DNA of 64,000 nt from an uncultured delta proteobacterium (GTDB lineage Bacteria > Myxococcota_A > UBA9160 > SMWR01), in assembly GCA_963832165.1 (NCBI GenBank), contig CAWHTE010000003.1, positions 735,342-799,341 of the forward strand. Reading direction: 5' to 3'. Position numbers and translations under genes: made by a program. The notes below the pieces were generated by a model, which was not told the DNA's origin, ran no database searches, and worked only from the letters and a program-made list of their open reading frames with translations. How positions within the stretch are numbered: the stretch's first letter is position 1; the number at the start of each line of letters is the position of its first letter. Of the stretch, positions 20,141 through 30,474 are shown piece after piece.

Positions 20141-21001
20141 CTAGACCGCCGACCAGATCGGCGAGCCGCGCTGTGCGCGCATCGAGGGCGGGATGGTCCC
20201 GTCGACGTCGGTGACGTCGTACTCCTGCGCGAGCTCCGCAGCGATGTAGGTGCCGCCCGTCCGCTTCAAGATGTCCGGATCGCTGGCGAGCGCTGCGATC
20301 ATGCGCCCCGGGAACTCGATCGACGAGCCGATCCGCGGGTTCGTCACCGTCTGCTGTGTCATCGCGGGGTCGCGCTTCAGATTGCGCTCGGCGCGCTCGG
20401 TGAACGCGAGCGACAGCCACATCGAGAGCGAGGCCACCCCGTGCGGCTTCAGCTCGATGGCCATGTCGCGCGCCATGCGGTCGACCGCAGATTTGCATGT
20501 TCCGAACACGACACCGTAGGTGTAGGTCACGCCCACATAGCCCGATGTGGCCACGATGAGCCCCGACTTCTGCGGCACCATGAGCTTGGCCGCATGCCAC
20601 GCCGCGACGAAGTTCGAGCGCACGCCGACGTCGACCATCTCCCAGTTCGAGAGCGGCTTCTCCCAGAACGGCAGCGGATCGGTGAGGTCCTCGGGCAGCG
20701 AGAACGCGTTGTTGACCAGCAGGTCGAGGCGGCCCTGCTGGCGCTGGACCTGCTCGAAGAGCGCGGCGACCTGGTCGTCCACCGCGTGGTCGACCTGGAC
20801 CGCGATGCCCTTGCCGCCGCGCCGGTCCACCTCTCCGGCGGTCTCGCCGACGGTGCCGGGGAGCGAGGACGAGCCCGGCGCGACCGTACGTCCCGTGACG
20901 TAGACCGTCGCGCCCCGGTCGGCGAGCGCGAGCGCGGTCCCCTTGCCCACGCCGCGACTCGCGCCCGTGACCACGGCGACCTTGCCCGAGAGTGATCCCA
21001 T
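20141..21001 (-). CDS. SDR family oxidoreductase
   Basis: TGASRGVG, LVNNA. The catalytic position reads FGTCK rather than YxxxK. Confidence 0.88.
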   Translation of the reverse strand: MGSLSGKVAVVTGASRGVGKGTALALADRGATVYVTGRTVAPGSSSLPGTVGETAGEVDRRGGKGIAVQVDHAVDDQVAALFEQVQRQQGRLDLLVNNAFSLPEDLTDPLPFWEKPLSNWEMVDVGVRSNFVAAWHAAKLMVPQKSGLIVATSGYVGVTYTYGVVFGTCKSAVDRMARDMAIELKPHGVASLSMWLSLAFTERAERNLKRDPAMTQQTVTNPRIGSSIEFPGRMIAALASDPDILKRTGGTYIAAELAQEYDVTDVDGTIPPSMRAQRGSPIWSAV

Positions 21002-21013
21002 TGCAGAGCTCCT

Positions 21014-21823
21014 TCAGCCCTTGACCCGGTGCAGCGTCATCGTGTGGCGGAATCGCGATGCCGGGTACCGGCCGATCGTGACCTGCGCGATTTCGCCATG
21101 CGCCATCTTGTAGGTGCGCCGCACTTCGAGCGCAGCCGTTCCGGCCTTGACCTTGAGCGGGCCTGCGAGCGATCTCGTGATCAGCGCCGCGGCGATCTCC
21201 TGGTGCACCTCGACGATCCGCTGGCCGAACAGATCCTCGATCAGGGGAAAGATCGGGCCGGTATGGCGCTGGAGCAGCCTGCCGACGGCCGCGAAGTCGC
21301 GGTGGATGTAGTACTCGGCCCAGCACACCGGGACCTTCACGCCGTCCTCATGTCCGAAGCCACACACGGCGAGCCACTCGTCGCCCTTGTCGAGCCCGGT
21401 AGTGGAGGCGAGCTTCTCGTCGATCGCGACCATCTCCATGGTCTCGATCGCGAAGCGCTTGCCCACGGACCACGACACCAGGTCGTTGATCGACATGACG
21501 TCGTGCGCGTAGGTGTCCGAGGTGCGTCGCGGCGCGACGACCGTGCCCGCGCCCTGCCGCGAAGAGACGAGGTTGTCTTCGCGCAGGCGTCTCAGCGCTT
21601 CGCGCACGGTGTAGCGGCTGACCGAGAACCGCTCGCACAGCGCGTCCTCGGTGGGGAGCTGTGATCCCACCGGATACACGCCGACGACGATCTCCTCCTT
21701 CAACGCGCGCGCGACCTGGAGATAGAGAGGGCCGCGGGATCCGACCTCGGCCGGTAGCGGCCGGGGCTGTCTGCCCTGGCGCGGCTTCGACCGGTCCTTC
21801 CTGGTTCCAATCTTCGCGGCCAT
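21014..21823 (-). CDS. GntR (HutC/UTRA-type) transcriptional regulator
   Basis: LPTEDALCERFSVSRYTVREALRRL...QGAGT winged HTH plus a UTRA-like C-domain. Confidence 0.9.
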   Translation of the reverse strand: MAAKIGTRKDRSKPRQGRQPRPLPAEVGSRGPLYLQVARALKEEIVVGVYPVGSQLPTEDALCERFSVSRYTVREALRRLREDNLVSSRQGAGTVVAPRRTSDTYAHDVMSINDLVSWSVGKRFAIETMEMVAIDEKLASTTGLDKGDEWLAVCGFGHEDGVKVPVCWAEYYIHRDFAAVGRLLQRHTGPIFPLIEDLFGQRIVEVHQEIAAALITRSLAGPLKVKAGTAALEVRRTYKMAHGEIAQVTIGRYPASRFRHTMTLHRVKG

Positions 21824-21826
21824 GAC

Positions 21827-22765
21827 CTAATGGGATTTCTTCTCAGGTCCGCGCCCGCCCTTCGCGGCCATTTCGAAGCTGTAGCGGATGTGATCGACGT
21901 GGGCCGACGGAACGACCGCGAGGATGAGGGCCGAATCCGTGTCGCGGATCTCCTCGATCTGCTCGTCCACGTCCTCGATCGACCATGCACTGCGATAGAC
22001 GCCCGGCGTCTCGGCGACGACCGCGCGCGCGACGCGCCCCGCGATCGAGATCAGCATCTCACCCGTGATCGAGCAGGATTCGTGGGCGAGCCAGCCCACC
22101 ACGGGCGCCACCAGCTCCGGCGACATGGGAGGGTAGCCCGACGTGTCGAGCCCCTCGGCCATCCGCGTCACGGCGCCGGGGACGATGATGTTGCACTTCA
22201 CGCCTTCCGCGGCGCCCTCGAGCGCTGCGACGTTGCACAGGCCGATCATGCCCGACTTGGAGACGGCGTAGTTCACGACCTTCTGGTTGCCGTAGAGGCC
22301 GCCGATCGACGACGTCAACACGATGCGGCCATAGCCCGCCCTGCACATGAGCGGAAAGGCGGGCTGGACGACGTGGAACGCGCCGAGAAGGTGGACGTCC
22401 AGGACCGCCCTGAAGTCCTCGTTCGTGATCTCCTTGAGCAACGCATAGCGGACATTGCCTGCGTTGTGGATGAGAACGTCGACGCGGCCGTAGTGGTCCA
22501 GCGCAGCCTCGATGATCTTGCGCCCGCCCTCGGGCGTCGCCACGGACTCGGTGCTCGCGACGGCTTCGCCGCCCGCGGCGCGGATCTCTCGCACGACCTC
22601 GTCGGCGGGTCCGGCATCGGCGCCGTCGCCCTTGATGCTCGAGCCGAGATCGTTGACGACGACCTTCGCGCCCCTCGACGCGAGGAGCAGCGCGTAGGCG
22701 CGTCCCAGCCCCCGGCCTGCGCCCGTGATCACGGCGACGCGATCGTCGAATCTGAGCTCTGGCAT
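21827..22765 (-). CDS. SDR oxidoreductase (MFE-2 hydroxyacyl-CoA dehydrogenase-like)
   Basis: LRFDDRVAVITGAGRGLG, VVNDLG, HNAG, YAVSK. Confidence 0.9.
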   Translation of the reverse strand: MPELRFDDRVAVITGAGRGLGRAYALLLASRGAKVVVNDLGSSIKGDGADAGPADEVVREIRAAGGEAVASTESVATPEGGRKIIEAALDHYGRVDVLIHNAGNVRYALLKEITNEDFRAVLDVHLLGAFHVVQPAFPLMCRAGYGRIVLTSSIGGLYGNQKVVNYAVSKSGMIGLCNVAALEGAAEGVKCNIIVPGAVTRMAEGLDTSGYPPMSPELVAPVVGWLAHESCSITGEMLISIAGRVARAVVAETPGVYRSAWSIEDVDEQIEEIRDTDSALILAVVPSAHVDHIRYSFEMAAKGGRGPEKKSH

Positions 22766-22873
22766 CGGGCGCTCCTCTGCGTTCACGATACAGGATACGA
22801 GCGCTCTCGCGTCGACCCGCAAAGCCCGCGAACATGCGGGAGCGCCGCGCGCAAAGTCGGGAGTTCGATCGAG

Positions 22874-24475
22874 ATGTCGCTGCAGACAGGGCGGTACGCA
22901 TCCGCAGGCCCGATCAGCCTGGCCGAAGGGTGGAGCTGCGAGCGGCTCACCCCGGCGAGCCGCGTGTTCGGCGCCAACGGCCTGCGCACGGGTCCCGACG
23001 GCCGCATCTACGTCGCGCAGGTCACCGGGAGTCAGATCAGCGCCGTCGACATCGAGACGGGCCGGCTGGATACGATCAGCGCGAAGGGCGGCGAGATCGT
23101 CGCGCCCGACGACGTGGCGTTCGACACGCGCGGAAACCTCTACGCCACGGAGGTGATGGACGCGCGCGTGAGTGTGCGCGGGGTCGATGGCCGCACGCGC
23201 GTGCTGCGAGACGACGTGCCCGGCGCGAATGGGATCACCTTTCATCGGGGCCGACTGTTCATCGACGAGTGCCGGATGAACGGGCGTCTTCTCGAGCTCG
23301 ATCTCTCCGGTGGTGCGCCGCGCGTGTTGCTCGAGGACCTGCCTCTGCCCAACGCATTGGAGGCCGGGCCCGACGGGCGCTTGTATTTCCCGGTGATGGG
23401 GGCGAACGAGATCTGGCGGATCGATCCCGACGGCGGTGCGGCAGAGCGCGTGGTCGGCGATCTGGGCGTACCCGATGCGGTGAAGTTCGACCGCGAGGGC
23501 TTCATCGTCTCGACCCAGGTCCAGACCGGCGAAGTCCTGCGCATCGATCCGCGCAGCGGTGACCGCACCGTGCTGGCCACCCTCGATCCGGGCCTCGACA
23601 ACCTGGCCTTCGTGGGCGATCGGCTGTTCGTTTCGAACTTCGATGGGCGGATCACCGAGGTCCTGGCCGGCGGAAAGACCCGAATGCTGCTGCCGCACGG
23701 CTTGAACTGGCCGCTCGATCTCGCGCTAGGCGACGACGGACAGCTCTACGTTGCGGACGGCACGAGCTTCTATCTCCTCCCGCATGGCGGTGAGCTGCAG
23801 CGCCTCGGGATGCTCTTCAGCACGGGCTATCCCGGCTTCGTACGCGGTCTGGCCGCGCTGCCCCAGGGCTGCTTCGCCGTCACCACCTCGGGCGGGCAGG
23901 TCGCGCGCTACTGGCCTCGAGACGAGAGGAGCGAGGTGCTCGCGGACGGGCTGGACCAGCTCTACGGCGTGGCGATCGCGCCCGGCGGCGCGATCGTGGT
24001 CGCCGAGCTCGGCGCGGGGCGCGTGCTGTCGATCGAGCCGGGCCGCGTCGATGTACGCGCCAGCGGGCTGCACGAGCCGCTCGGTGTGACCATCGACGCG
24101 GAAGGCACCTGCTTCGTCTCCGAGGCGGGCGCGGGCCGCGTGGTCGCGCTGCGCGGAACGCGCGTCGACACCGCGCTCGACGGCTTGCAGCGACCGCAGG
24201 GCATCTTCGCGCACGAGCGGCAGCTCTACGTCGTCGATGCAGGAGCCAAGGCGCTAGTCGCGTTCGACCTGGATCGAAAGATCCGGCATACGATCGCCAC
24301 CGATCTGCCGGTGGGTGCGCCGCCCGGCGTGGTCCCCAAGCCTCTGCGCGGCCTGCCCCCGTTCTCGGGGCCGCAGGGTCCGTTTGCAGGCATCGCGGCG
24401 GGCCCCGATGGCACCGTCTACGTATCCGCCGACGGGGAGGGCAGCGTGCTCGCGTTGCGGCGCGCTCACACCTGA
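22874..24475 (+). CDS. SMP-30/gluconolactonase-like double beta-propeller protein
   Basis: Repeated blades GANGLRTGPDG, PDDVAFD, PNALEAGPDG, PLGVTIDAEG; ~533 aa. Confidence 0.8.
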   Translation: MSLQTGRYASAGPISLAEGWSCERLTPASRVFGANGLRTGPDGRIYVAQVTGSQISAVDIETGRLDTISAKGGEIVAPDDVAFDTRGNLYATEVMDARVSVRGVDGRTRVLRDDVPGANGITFHRGRLFIDECRMNGRLLELDLSGGAPRVLLEDLPLPNALEAGPDGRLYFPVMGANEIWRIDPDGGAAERVVGDLGVPDAVKFDREGFIVSTQVQTGEVLRIDPRSGDRTVLATLDPGLDNLAFVGDRLFVSNFDGRITEVLAGGKTRMLLPHGLNWPLDLALGDDGQLYVADGTSFYLLPHGGELQRLGMLFSTGYPGFVRGLAALPQGCFAVTTSGGQVARYWPRDERSEVLADGLDQLYGVAIAPGGAIVVAELGAGRVLSIEPGRVDVRASGLHEPLGVTIDAEGTCFVSEAGAGRVVALRGTRVDTALDGLQRPQGIFAHERQLYVVDAGAKALVAFDLDRKIRHTIATDLPVGAPPGVVPKPLRGLPPFSGPQGPFAGIAAGPDGTVYVSADGEGSVLALRRAHT

Positions 24476-24476
24476 G

Positions 24477-24564
24477 TTGTACGGACAAACAGGAGTCTTT
24501 TGAAGTCCTGGATCTGTGTATAATCGAGAACCCGAGCGATCCAGGCGCCGATTTGTCCGTACAA
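24477..24564. promoter_or_regulatory. Two GntR/HutC-type operators flanking a TATAAT box
   Basis: TTGTACGGACAA (24477-24488) and its exact reverse complement TTGTCCGTACAA (24553-24564), with TATAAT at 24519-24524. Confidence 0.7.
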
Positions 24565-24596
24565 ATAACACCGGCGGCATTCGCGGAGGACGCCCC

Positions 24597-25442
24597 ATGG
24601 AGCAGGACCTTCTGAGGCTCGACGGCCGCGTCGTCGTGGTGTCGGGCGCTGCGGGCGGCGGCATCGGGACGACCGTGGTGGGCATGGTGGCTCGCGCAGG
24701 GGCGACCGTGATCGCAGTGAGTCGCTCGGATGCGAACCTCGATCGTCACATCGGACCGCTCGCATCGCAGGGGCTCGCGATCACGTCGGTCGCGGCCGAT
24801 GCGCAGACCGAAGCGGGCGTCGCCGCCGTGATGAAGAGCGTGCGAGCCGCGAAGGGAGAGCTTCACGGACTCGTGAACGTCGCGGGGGGCGCCGCGCCGT
24901 CCACCTGGTGTCCGACGACGCGGCTCTCGCGAGACGATCTGCGCGCGCTGTTCTCGCAGAACTTCGAGTCGATGTTCTTCATGAGCCAGTCGGTCGCCGC
25001 GGAGCTGAAGGCGCAGCGGCGCCCGGGATCCCTGGTCTCGATCTCCTCGATCAGCGGCGTGGGCCCGGCGCCCTTCCACTCGGGCTATGGCGCGGCCAAA
25101 GCGGCGATGCTGTCCGTGGTCAAGACGATGGCGCTCGAGCTCGCCGCAGATGGGATTCGCGTCAACGCCGTGGCGCCGGGGCCGACTGCGACGCCCGCGT
25201 CGGGCACCTACGTCGAAGACGATCCCCAGCGCGACCGCCGCGCGATTCCGATGGGTCGCCGCGGCCGGCCGGAGGAGGTTGCGGGCGCAATCCTGTTCCT
25301 GCTGTCGGATCTGTCCAGCTACCTCACGGGCCAGTGCCTCGTGATCGACGGCGGAATCCACCTGAAGTGGTCGCATCTCGCCGAGGACAACACGCCCGCG
25401 TTCCTCAAGGACGAATCGTTCCGCGCGGCGATGAAACTCTGA
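24597..25442 (+). CDS. SDR family oxidoreductase
   Basis: SGAAGGGIG, YGAAK, IRVNAVAPG; RBS ggagg. Confidence 0.9.
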   Translation: MEQDLLRLDGRVVVVSGAAGGGIGTTVVGMVARAGATVIAVSRSDANLDRHIGPLASQGLAITSVAADAQTEAGVAAVMKSVRAAKGELHGLVNVAGGAAPSTWCPTTRLSRDDLRALFSQNFESMFFMSQSVAAELKAQRRPGSLVSISSISGVGPAPFHSGYGAAKAAMLSVVKTMALELAADGIRVNAVAPGPTATPASGTYVEDDPQRDRRAIPMGRRGRPEEVAGAILFLLSDLSSYLTGQCLVIDGGIHLKWSHLAEDNTPAFLKDESFRAAMKL

Positions 25443-25456
25443 GCGTGGAGAAGGTC

Positions 25457-26845
25457 ATGAGCAAGACGGCTCCCATCGAGAGCGAGACGCTGTCCGATCC
25501 GGTCGAGGAGCTGTTGGAGCCCGTGACGATCGGCGTGGAGGCGTACCTCTCCGAGGAATACGCCCGAGCCGAGCGCGACAAGCTGTGGCGCAAGGTGTGG
25601 CAGCAGGTCGGCCGTCTCGAAGAGATCTCCGAGGTCGGCGACTACATCAGCTACGAGATCCTCGACGACTCGATCCTGATCGTCCGCGTCGCGCCCGATC
25701 GGATCCGCGCCTACTACAACGTGTGCTCGCATCGCGGTCGGCGGCTCATCGACACGCCGAAGGGTGCCAAGCGAGCGCGCGGCCGGAAGCAGCACTTCGT
25801 GTGCGGATTCCACGGCTGGCGCTACGGCCTCGAAGGCCAGTGCACTCACGTGCCCGACGTGGAGAACTGGAAGAACGTGCTCACGGAAGAGCGCACGCGG
25901 CTCGGCCAGGTCGAGGTCGACACGTGGGGCGGATGGATCTGGGTCAACATGGATCCCGACTGTGGGCCGTTGCGCGGCTATCTCGAACCCGCCGTGACCA
26001 TGCTCGACCCCTTCGAGCTCGAGAACATGCGACCGCGCTGGCGCCGGTGGCTCGTCTTCGACTGCAACTGGAAGGTCGCCATGGAGGCATTCGCCGAGAC
26101 CTACCACGTGACGGTGACCCATCCCGAGTTCATGCGGTTCGGCGATTTCCGCGGCTGGGCCAGGGTGCAGGGACGGCATAGCAACATCGGCTACGACGCC
26201 CCGAAGGGCCTCGACGAGAACCAGGCAAAGCTGCGCCTCGGCGCGGGCGCCGACCCGCGCGTCTCGACGGCGGAGATGCAGGTCTATACCTGGGAGCAGG
26301 TGAACACCAACACCACGAAGACGCTCGTCGACGCGGCGCTGCGGCTCGTCGACGAGCTGCCCGAGGGCACTCCGGCCGACAAGGTGCTCAAGCACTGGCT
26401 CGATTCCGCGCGCAGCGACGACGCCGCGCGCGGCGTGATCTGGCCGACCGTCCCGCCCGAACACGTCGGACGCAGCGGCACCGCCTGGCAGATCTTTCCC
26501 AACTTCCAGATCGGTCACGCCGTGAACAACGCGCTCTGCTACAGCGCGCGCCCGCACGGCTACGACCCCAACCAGTGCATCTTCGAGGTGGCCGTCTACG
26601 AGCTGTTCCCGAAAGGGAAGGAGCCCGAGACGGAATGGGAGTACCTGCCGGCGGACGACCCGAGATGGGGAAGCGTCTTGCCGCAGGATTTCTCCAACAT
26701 GGCCGCGGTGCAGCAGGGCATGAAGGCGCGCGGCTTCCGCGGTACGCAGCCCAACCCGTATCGCGAGCGCAGCGTCGCCAACCTGCACCGCAACCTGGCC
26801 CGTTACATGGGCACCGGCGCGCCGCGGCCGCTCAGGGAGGTTTGA
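25457..26845 (+). CDS. Rieske non-heme iron oxygenase alpha subunit
   Basis: CSHRG...CGFHGW, NWK, ETYHVTVTH, QD iron ligands. Confidence 0.92.
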   Translation: MSKTAPIESETLSDPVEELLEPVTIGVEAYLSEEYARAERDKLWRKVWQQVGRLEEISEVGDYISYEILDDSILIVRVAPDRIRAYYNVCSHRGRRLIDTPKGAKRARGRKQHFVCGFHGWRYGLEGQCTHVPDVENWKNVLTEERTRLGQVEVDTWGGWIWVNMDPDCGPLRGYLEPAVTMLDPFELENMRPRWRRWLVFDCNWKVAMEAFAETYHVTVTHPEFMRFGDFRGWARVQGRHSNIGYDAPKGLDENQAKLRLGAGADPRVSTAEMQVYTWEQVNTNTTKTLVDAALRLVDELPEGTPADKVLKHWLDSARSDDAARGVIWPTVPPEHVGRSGTAWQIFPNFQIGHAVNNALCYSARPHGYDPNQCIFEVAVYELFPKGKEPETEWEYLPADDPRWGSVLPQDFSNMAAVQQGMKARGFRGTQPNPYRERSVANLHRNLARYMGTGAPRPLREV

Positions 26846-26847
26846 AC

Positions 26848-28554
26848 ATGGGTGTCCCCGTTTATGAACGGATCCTCCAGCTCTTCGAAGCCGAGGGCAT
26901 CAACACGCTCTTCGGGATCCCCGACCCGAACTTCGTGCACATGTTCGTCACCGCGGAGCAGCGCGGCTGGCAGGTCGTCGCTCCGCATCACGAAGAGTGC
27001 GCGGGCTTCATGGCGGAAGCGGCGTCGCGCATGACGGGCAGGGCGGGTCTCTGCATCGGAACGCTGGGGCCCGGCGTCGCCAATCTGGCCGGCGCGATCA
27101 TGTGCGCACAGCGGGAACATTCGCCGGTCGTCTTCCTCGGCGGTCAGCGCGCGCGGATCACCGAGCAGCGGGTGCGGCGGGGCCGGATTCAATTCATCTC
27201 GCAACCGGGCCTCTTCGCACCGATGGTGAAGTACGCGGGCGTCATCGAGTACCCGGACCAGACCGACGAGATCATCCGCGAGGCGCTGCGCCGCGCGCAG
27301 TCGGGGACGCCGGGACCGGTCTACATCGAATATCCCGTGGGCGTGATCCAGGCCGAGCTAGACGTGCCGCCGCCCCTGCCGCCCGAGGCGTATCGCCTCG
27401 TGCGTCAGGCTGCGAGCGCTCCCGCGATCGATGCGGCCGTGAAGCTGATCCGCAACGCGAAGCAGCCGATCCTGCTCGTGGGGCACGGCGTGTTCGTGTC
27501 GCGCGGACACGACTCGGTCGCGGCGCTCGCGCGCGCGCTCGCGTGCCCCGTGATCCAGACCTCGGGCGGCACCTCGTTCCTCGAGGGCCTGGAAGACCGC
27601 ACGTTCTCCTACGGCTTCTCGCCCGCAGCGGTCGATGCGGTGGTGAACTCGGACCTGTGCATCGCGATCGGCACCGAGCTCGGTGAGCCGGTCCACTACG
27701 GCAAGGGGCGCCATTGGGAACCGGGCGATGCCGAGCGGAAGTGGATCTACGTCGAGCTCGACCCGCTCGCGATCGGTGTGAACCGGCCGATCGACGTGCC
27801 GCTCGTCGGCGATCTCCGGGACGTCGTTCCTCAGCTCGTCACGGCGCTCGGCGATGAGCCGCGTTCTCCCTCGCCGCAGCTCGAAGTCTGGATCAAAGAC
27901 GAGGCGAATCGCATCGCGGAGCTCGCCGCGTCGGCTCCCAGCGGCAAGACGCCCGTCCATCCAGCGCGCTTCGTGGTCGAGGCGACGAAGGCCTTCCCGA
28001 AGGACGGCATCATGGTGCGCGACGGCGGCGCCATCACGATCTTCACGTGGACCTACTCGCAAGCGAAGCCGAACGACGTCGTGTGGAACCAGAACTTTGG
28101 CCACCTCGGGACCGGACTTCCCTACGCGGTCGGCGCCTCGGTTGCGGAGGGCAGGCGGCGGCCCGTGATGCTGCTCACGAGCGACTCGTCGTTCCTGTTC
28201 CACATCTCCGAGCTCGAGACGGCTGCGCGCCTGAAGCTCCCCCTCGTGTGCGTCGTGGGCTGCGACTATGCGTGGGGTCTCGAGGTGGGCGTCTACAAGC
28301 GCACGTTCGGTGCGGGATCCCCGGAGACCGGCGTGCACTGGAGCAAGGAGGTGCGGTTCGACAAGATCGCGGAGGGCTTCGGCTGCTACGGCGAGTACGT
28401 CGAGCGCGAAGAGGAGATCGGACCGGCCATCCAGCGCGCATTCGCGAGCGGCAGACCCGGCGTGATCCACGTTCCGATCGACGAGGAAGCGAACTCGACC
28501 GAGATGCCGAACTATCAAGAGTTCAGGACGTGGTACGCCGAAGGCATGCAGTGA
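26848..28554 (+). CDS. Thiamine diphosphate-dependent enzyme (ALS/benzaldehyde lyase-like fold)
   Basis: TLFGIP, HHE, GPGVAN, PGPVYIE, GHLGTGLPYAVGA; atypical SDSS...CD motif. Confidence 0.88.
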   Translation: MGVPVYERILQLFEAEGINTLFGIPDPNFVHMFVTAEQRGWQVVAPHHEECAGFMAEAASRMTGRAGLCIGTLGPGVANLAGAIMCAQREHSPVVFLGGQRARITEQRVRRGRIQFISQPGLFAPMVKYAGVIEYPDQTDEIIREALRRAQSGTPGPVYIEYPVGVIQAELDVPPPLPPEAYRLVRQAASAPAIDAAVKLIRNAKQPILLVGHGVFVSRGHDSVAALARALACPVIQTSGGTSFLEGLEDRTFSYGFSPAAVDAVVNSDLCIAIGTELGEPVHYGKGRHWEPGDAERKWIYVELDPLAIGVNRPIDVPLVGDLRDVVPQLVTALGDEPRSPSPQLEVWIKDEANRIAELAASAPSGKTPVHPARFVVEATKAFPKDGIMVRDGGAITIFTWTYSQAKPNDVVWNQNFGHLGTGLPYAVGASVAEGRRRPVMLLTSDSSFLFHISELETAARLKLPLVCVVGCDYAWGLEVGVYKRTFGAGSPETGVHWSKEVRFDKIAEGFGCYGEYVEREEEIGPAIQRAFASGRPGVIHVPIDEEANSTEMPNYQEFRTWYAEGMQ

Positions 28555-28570
28555 CATCGCGGGATCGAAC

Positions 28571-30410
28571 GTGAAGTGCGCGCCGACCCAGACGCCGGAT
28601 GACATCGACATCCCCGCGCTGCGCGAGAAGTACCGGCAGGAGCGCGACAAGCGACTGCGCCCCGAGGGCTCGAAGCAATACGTGGTCGCCGAGGGCGAGT
28701 ACGCGCACTTCTACGAGGCGGATCCGTATTCACCGCGCGTGGTCCGGGATCCGATCTCGGAAGATCTCGACGTCGCCGTCATGGGCGGGGGCTTTGCGGG
28801 TCTGATCGCGGCCGCGCACCTGAAGCGCGCGGGAGTCTCCGATCTGCGGATCCTGGAGCTGGGCGGGGACTTCGGCGGCACCTGGTACTGGAACCGTTAC
28901 CCCGGGATCCAGTGCGACAACGATTCCTATTGCTACCTGCCGCTGCTCGAAGAGCTCGATTACGTTCCGAAACAGAAGTTCTCCGACGGCCCCGAGATCT
29001 ACGAGCACTGCCAGCGCATCGGACGGCATTTCGGACTCTACGAATCCGCGCTGTTCGGGACGCTGGTTCGGTCGCTGCGCTGGAACGCGGCGATCCGCCG
29101 CTGGTGCATCGGCACGAACCACGGCGACGACATCCGGGCCCGCTTCGTCGTGATGGCTGCTGGCTTCGCGAATCGGCCCAAGCTGCCGGGCGTTCCCGGC
29201 ATCGAGAGCTTCAGGGGACACAGCTTCCACACGTCTCGCTGGGATTATGCGTATACGGGGGGAGACTCGACCGGGGGACTGGAGAACCTGCGCGACAAGC
29301 GAGTCGCGATCATCGGCACGGGCGCGAGCGCGATCCAGGTGATCCCGTTCCTGGGCCGCTATTCGAAGCAGCTGTACGTGTTCCAGCGGACGCCTTCCTC
29401 GGTAGACGAACGCGGCAACACGCCCACCGATCCCGAGTGGGTGCGATCGCTCGCGGCCGGGCTGGCAGAAGGAGCGCCAGGCCAACTTCCACTTCTGGAG
29501 CCCGCTCGGGTTCGCGGGCCTCGTGCCGGGCCGCAAGGACATCGTCTGCGACTTCTGGACCGAGATGACCCGCAATCTCGCCGCGAAGGTCGAAGCGATG
29601 GGCAATCCGGCGCTGACCCCCGAGCAGGTCGGGGGGATGCTCGAGGAGGAGGACTTCCGGGTGATGGAGCGGCTGCGCCGCCGCGTCGACGAGATCGTCG
29701 TGGACGAGAAGACCGCAGAGTCGCTCAAGCCCTGGTTCCGGTTCCTGTGCAAGCGGCCGCTCTCCAACGAGGACTATCTGGCGACGTTCAACCGGCCGAA
29801 CGTCGCGTTGGTCGACGTGTCGGCGTCGAAGGGCGTCGAACGGATCACCGAGAGGGGAGTCGTCGCGAACGGCGTCGAGTACGAAGTCGACTGCATCATC
29901 TACGCGAGTGGCTTCGAGATCTCCACCGAGATCAGCCGGCGCTACAGCATCGACGCCATCGAAGGCCGCGATGGCCTGTCGCTCTTCGATCACTGGGCGG
30001 ACGGATTCAAGACCCTCCACGGCATGACGAGCCATGGTTTTCCGAACCAGTTCTTCACGGGCTTCAGTCAGGGGGGCATCAGCGCCAGCGTCACCTCGAT
30101 GTACGAACAACAGGGTGAGCACATCGCCTACATCATCAAAGAGGCGTTGACGCGCGGTGCCGCGACCGTGGAGCCCAGTAAGGTTGCCCAGGACGAGTGG
30201 TGCCGGATCATCCGGGAGTCCGCCGTGCCCGACGGAGGGTTCGCGCAGGAATGCACCCCGGGCTACTACAACAACGAGGGCGGCGGCGGCGGCGAGGGCA
30301 TCCGCTCTGCGCTGGGCGAGCCCTATGGACCCGGCTTCTACGCCTTCGACGAGCTGTTGCGCGAATGGCGCGACCGGGGCGATCTCGAGGGCCTCGTCCT
30401 GGGAACCTGA
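28571..30410 (+). CDS. Baeyer-Villiger-type flavin monooxygenase (one frameshift near 29455)
   Basis: GGGFAG, GGTWYWNRYPG, FRGHSFHTSRW, GTGAS; after the shift CKRP, ASGF, CTPGYYNNEG. Confidence 0.88.
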
Positions 30411-30474
30411 TGCGCGCACCGGGGCGCGCGATCCGATCGTCACACAGAGAAGAGCTTCAGGGAGAATCTTGCAT

